A program made the translations under genes and the position numbers. Shown piece by piece: positions 46,813 to 48,923 of a stretch of DNA of 48,923 nucleotides. The notes under the pieces are model-generated. The model saw only the letters and a program-made list of their open reading frames with translations. It made no database searches and was not told the origin of the DNA. Numbering within the stretch: the first letter of the stretch is position 1; each line of letters begins with the position of its first letter. Source of the stretch: Microbacterium sp. (GTDB lineage: Bacteria; Actinomycetota; Actinomycetes; Actinomycetales; Microbacteriaceae); assembly GCA_040392075.1 (NCBI GenBank), contig JBEBWQ010000001.1, positions 1 to 48,923 on the forward strand, given 5' to 3'.

Positions 46813-47388
46813 ATGAACGCCCCGGGGGCGGGGGGCCGCGGCGTCGAGGAGGCGCCGGGCGTGGAGTCGCTCGCGCACCTCGCGGGCGTCCCCGACGAGT
46901 TCCAGCGCCTGTGGGTGCCGCACCGGATGGCCTACATCAAGGCCGGCCCCGAGCCGATGCGCGAGGAGTGCCCCTTCTGCGCGGCCCCCGGCCGCAACGA
47001 CGCCGAGAGCCTCATCGTCGCCCGCGGGGAGCGCGCCTATGTGCTGCTGAACCTCTTCCCCTACAACTCCGGCCACCTGCTCGTGTGCCCCTACCGGCAC
47101 ATCGCCACCTACGATCAGGCGACTCCCGATGAGGTCGCCGAGATCGGCACGCTCACCCAGACCGCGATGCGAGTGCTGAAGGCGGTGTCGAACTGCGACG
47201 GCTTCAACATCGGCATGAACCAGGGCGCGGTCGCCGGGGCCGGCGTGGAGGAGCACCTGCACCAGCACATCGTGCCGCGGTGGAAGTCGGACTCGAACTT
47301 CTTCCCCATCATCGCCCGTACCCGGGCGCTTCCCGAGCTGCTCGGCGACGTCCGCGAGCGCCTCGCCGAGGCCTGGCCGGTCGGCTGA
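46813..47388 (+). CDS. HIT-family protein (Ap4A phosphorylase Rv2613c-like)
   Basis: RLWVPHRMAYI, CPFC, NLFPYNSGH and HLHQHIVPRW; conserved position after thrS. Confidence 0.9.
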   Translation: MNAPGAGGRGVEEAPGVESLAHLAGVPDEFQRLWVPHRMAYIKAGPEPMREECPFCAAPGRNDAESLIVARGERAYVLLNLFPYNSGHLLVCPYRHIATYDQATPDEVAEIGTLTQTAMRVLKAVSNCDGFNIGMNQGAVAGAGVEEHLHQHIVPRWKSDSNFFPIIARTRALPELLGDVRERLAEAWPVG

Positions 47389-47421
47389 GCCCCCTCCCGG
47401 TTACGCAGAGGCACGGAGTCC

Positions 47422-47443
47422 GGTCCCTGAGCTCGTCGAAGGG
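47422..47443 (+). repeat. REP-like element GGTCCCTGAGCTCGTCGAAGGG
   Basis: Resembles the recalled CCTGAGCNNGTCGAAGG intergenic repeat; single copy in the window. Confidence 0.45.
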
Positions 47444-47508
47444 GCCACCCCGCCTGTCGCAGAGGCCCTTCATGAGCGTCTGCCCTCCCCGAAGAGCGCG
47501 CCGGGGGT

Positions 47509-47754
47509 TCAGTCGCGGTCGATGCCGTAGATCTTCTTCGTTATCCCGTCGATGCCCTTGTCGAGGTTGTCGACCTTCGTCTCCAGACGATCGAGGCGCA
47601 TATCCACGATCTCGAACCGGGCTGTGAACTTCGTGTCGAGGCGCTCGAACCCGGCCTTCATCGTGGAGGTGAAGAGTGTTGCGATCAGCGTGACCAGGCC
47701 GACGATGGTCCCGCCGAAGATGCCGATTATCGTCCAGACTTGGGGTTCATTCAC
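47509..47754 (-). CDS. Small protein with N-terminal TM segment and coiled coil
   Basis: TM segment followed by heptads (FERLDTK/FEIVDMR/LDRLETK/VDNLDKG); GAGG RBS. Confidence 0.65.
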   Translation of the reverse strand: MNEPQVWTIIGIFGGTIVGLVTLIATLFTSTMKAGFERLDTKFTARFEIVDMRLDRLETKVDNLDKGIDGITKKIYGIDRD

Positions 47755-47894
47755 GGTGAGCACCTCTTCATTCTGAGGGGGATGCACCGAGAATGCCAGA
47801 GTCCGCGGCCCGGGGAAGGGGCGATCCTCCCGATGGGGATAACTTCTCGGAGATCGTCGCTGGGGAGGGAAGAGCGCCCTCCCCGAAGGGCGCC

Positions 47895-48923
47895 TTACCC
47901 GAAGAGCGCGCCGTACACCCGCTCGAAGCGGTCGATGCGCTCGCGGTAGTACGCGCCGCGCTCCGGGTGCGGGGCCAGCGGCGTGGCGCGCGGGGGCGCG
48001 ATGCGGGGGACGGCCGGGGCGAGGGTCTCCAGGGCCAGGAGCGCCGTGCCGAGCAGCGTGGAGCGCCGGATGGTGACGGGGACGATCGGGATGCCGAGCA
48101 CGTCCGCGATGATCGGGAGGACGCCCGGATGGTCGTCGGTGACCGATCCGCCCATGTGCAGGGCGGCGGCGTCCGGGGCGAGCTCCCGCAGCTGCGCGAA
48201 GACGCGGGCGTAGGAGATGGCGATGCCCTCGACGACGGCGCGGTGCAGCGCGGCGGGTCCGGTCGCCGCATCGACGCCGGTGAAGACCGCGCGGGCGTTG
48301 GCGGCCCAGCCGGTCGCGCGCTCCCCGGTGAAGAACGGCAGCACGAGCGGGGTCGCCGGGTCAGGATCTTCGCCGAGCAGCGCCGCGCGGGCCTCCTCGT
48401 CCAGCCCGAGCGTCGCCGTGGACCAGCCGAGCGCTCGGCCGACGTCGTTGAGCGCACCGCCCACGATCGCGCGGTCGTGGGAGACCCGGTAGCACCACAG
48501 CCCCTCCGGCAGCTCGTCCGGCAGGTCGTGCACGAGCACACGCAGCGCGCCGGAGGTCGCCGCCGTGCCGCCGACGGTGCGGGACGTGGCCGCGCCCAGT
48601 CCCACGTTGGCGGACAGGCCGTCGGGGAGCGCCGCGAACCACTGCGCATCGGTGAGCGCGGGCCAGCGTGCCGCGATCCCGGCGGCATGGCCGGTGTCGA
48701 TCGTCAGCGGCTGATCGGGGTGGTGGACGGGGGCGAGCCGCGAGCGGTCGATGCCCGCGAGGGCGAGCACCTCGTCCGACCAGTCGGCGGTGCGCAGGTC
48801 GACCATGCCGGTCCAGGCGGCGGTGGCCGTGCCGGTCGCGAGCGTGCCGGTGAGCGCGCGCAGCACGTAGTCCCCGAGCGAGAGGACGTGCGCAGCGCGG
48901 TCGAGCACCTCCGGGTGCTCGGC
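47895..48923 (-). CDS. FGGY-family carbohydrate kinase (gluconokinase-like), 5'-truncated
   Basis: LSLGDYV, DG..AN.G, TSGALR, LWCY, LPFFTGERATGW and EGIA. Confidence 0.88.
   Translation of the reverse strand, partial: AEHPEVLDRAAHVLSLGDYVLRALTGTLATGTATAAWTGMVDLRTADWSDEVLALAGIDRSRLAPVHHPDQPLTIDTGHAAGIAARWPALTDAQWFAALPDGLSANVGLGAATSRTVGGTAATSGALRVLVHDLPDELPEGLWCYRVSHDRAIVGGALNDVGRALGWSTATLGLDEEARAALLGEDPDPATPLVLPFFTGERATGWAANARAVFTGVDAATGPAALHRAVVEGIAISYARVFAQLRELAPDAAALHMGGSVTDDHPGVLPIIADVLGIPIVPVTIRRSTLLGTALLALETLAPAVPRIAPPRATPLAPHPERGAYYRERIDRFERVYGALFG

Overview
High-GC actinobacterial chromosome, most consistent with Microbacterium/Microbacteriaceae. The left end carries the tail of a 2-methylcitrate operon (prpB, prpC) coupled to a thiolase. 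About 3.1-31.1 kb is a compositionally distinct catabolic island with no visible mobility gene. It encodes a four-gene amidohydrolase-fold oxygenase module (two amidohydrolase paralogues, Rieske ferredoxin, PDR/VanB reductase; AibH1H2/PtmU3-like), an acyl-CoA ligase, two family III CoA transferases (one a tandem fusion), two Cys-less thiolase-fold/OB-fold complexes (Ltp3/Ltp4-like and Ltp2-like), a MaoC hydratase, ADH, ALDH, a cyclase-family hydrolase, an FAD/Fe-S oxidoreductase, a split TRAP transporter and IclR/GntR regulators with recognisable operators. No acyl-CoA dehydrogenase is present. The best candidate novel system is an oxygenase-primed, CoA-dependent retro-aldol pathway for a branched or cyclic carboxylate. 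To the right lie a decayed sortase-anchored 5'-nucleotidase, a possible type VII secretion effector cassette, a P-type ATPase with altered ion-site residues, membrane proteins, thrS-HIT and a partial FGGY kinase. All family calls come from recalled motifs, not database searches.
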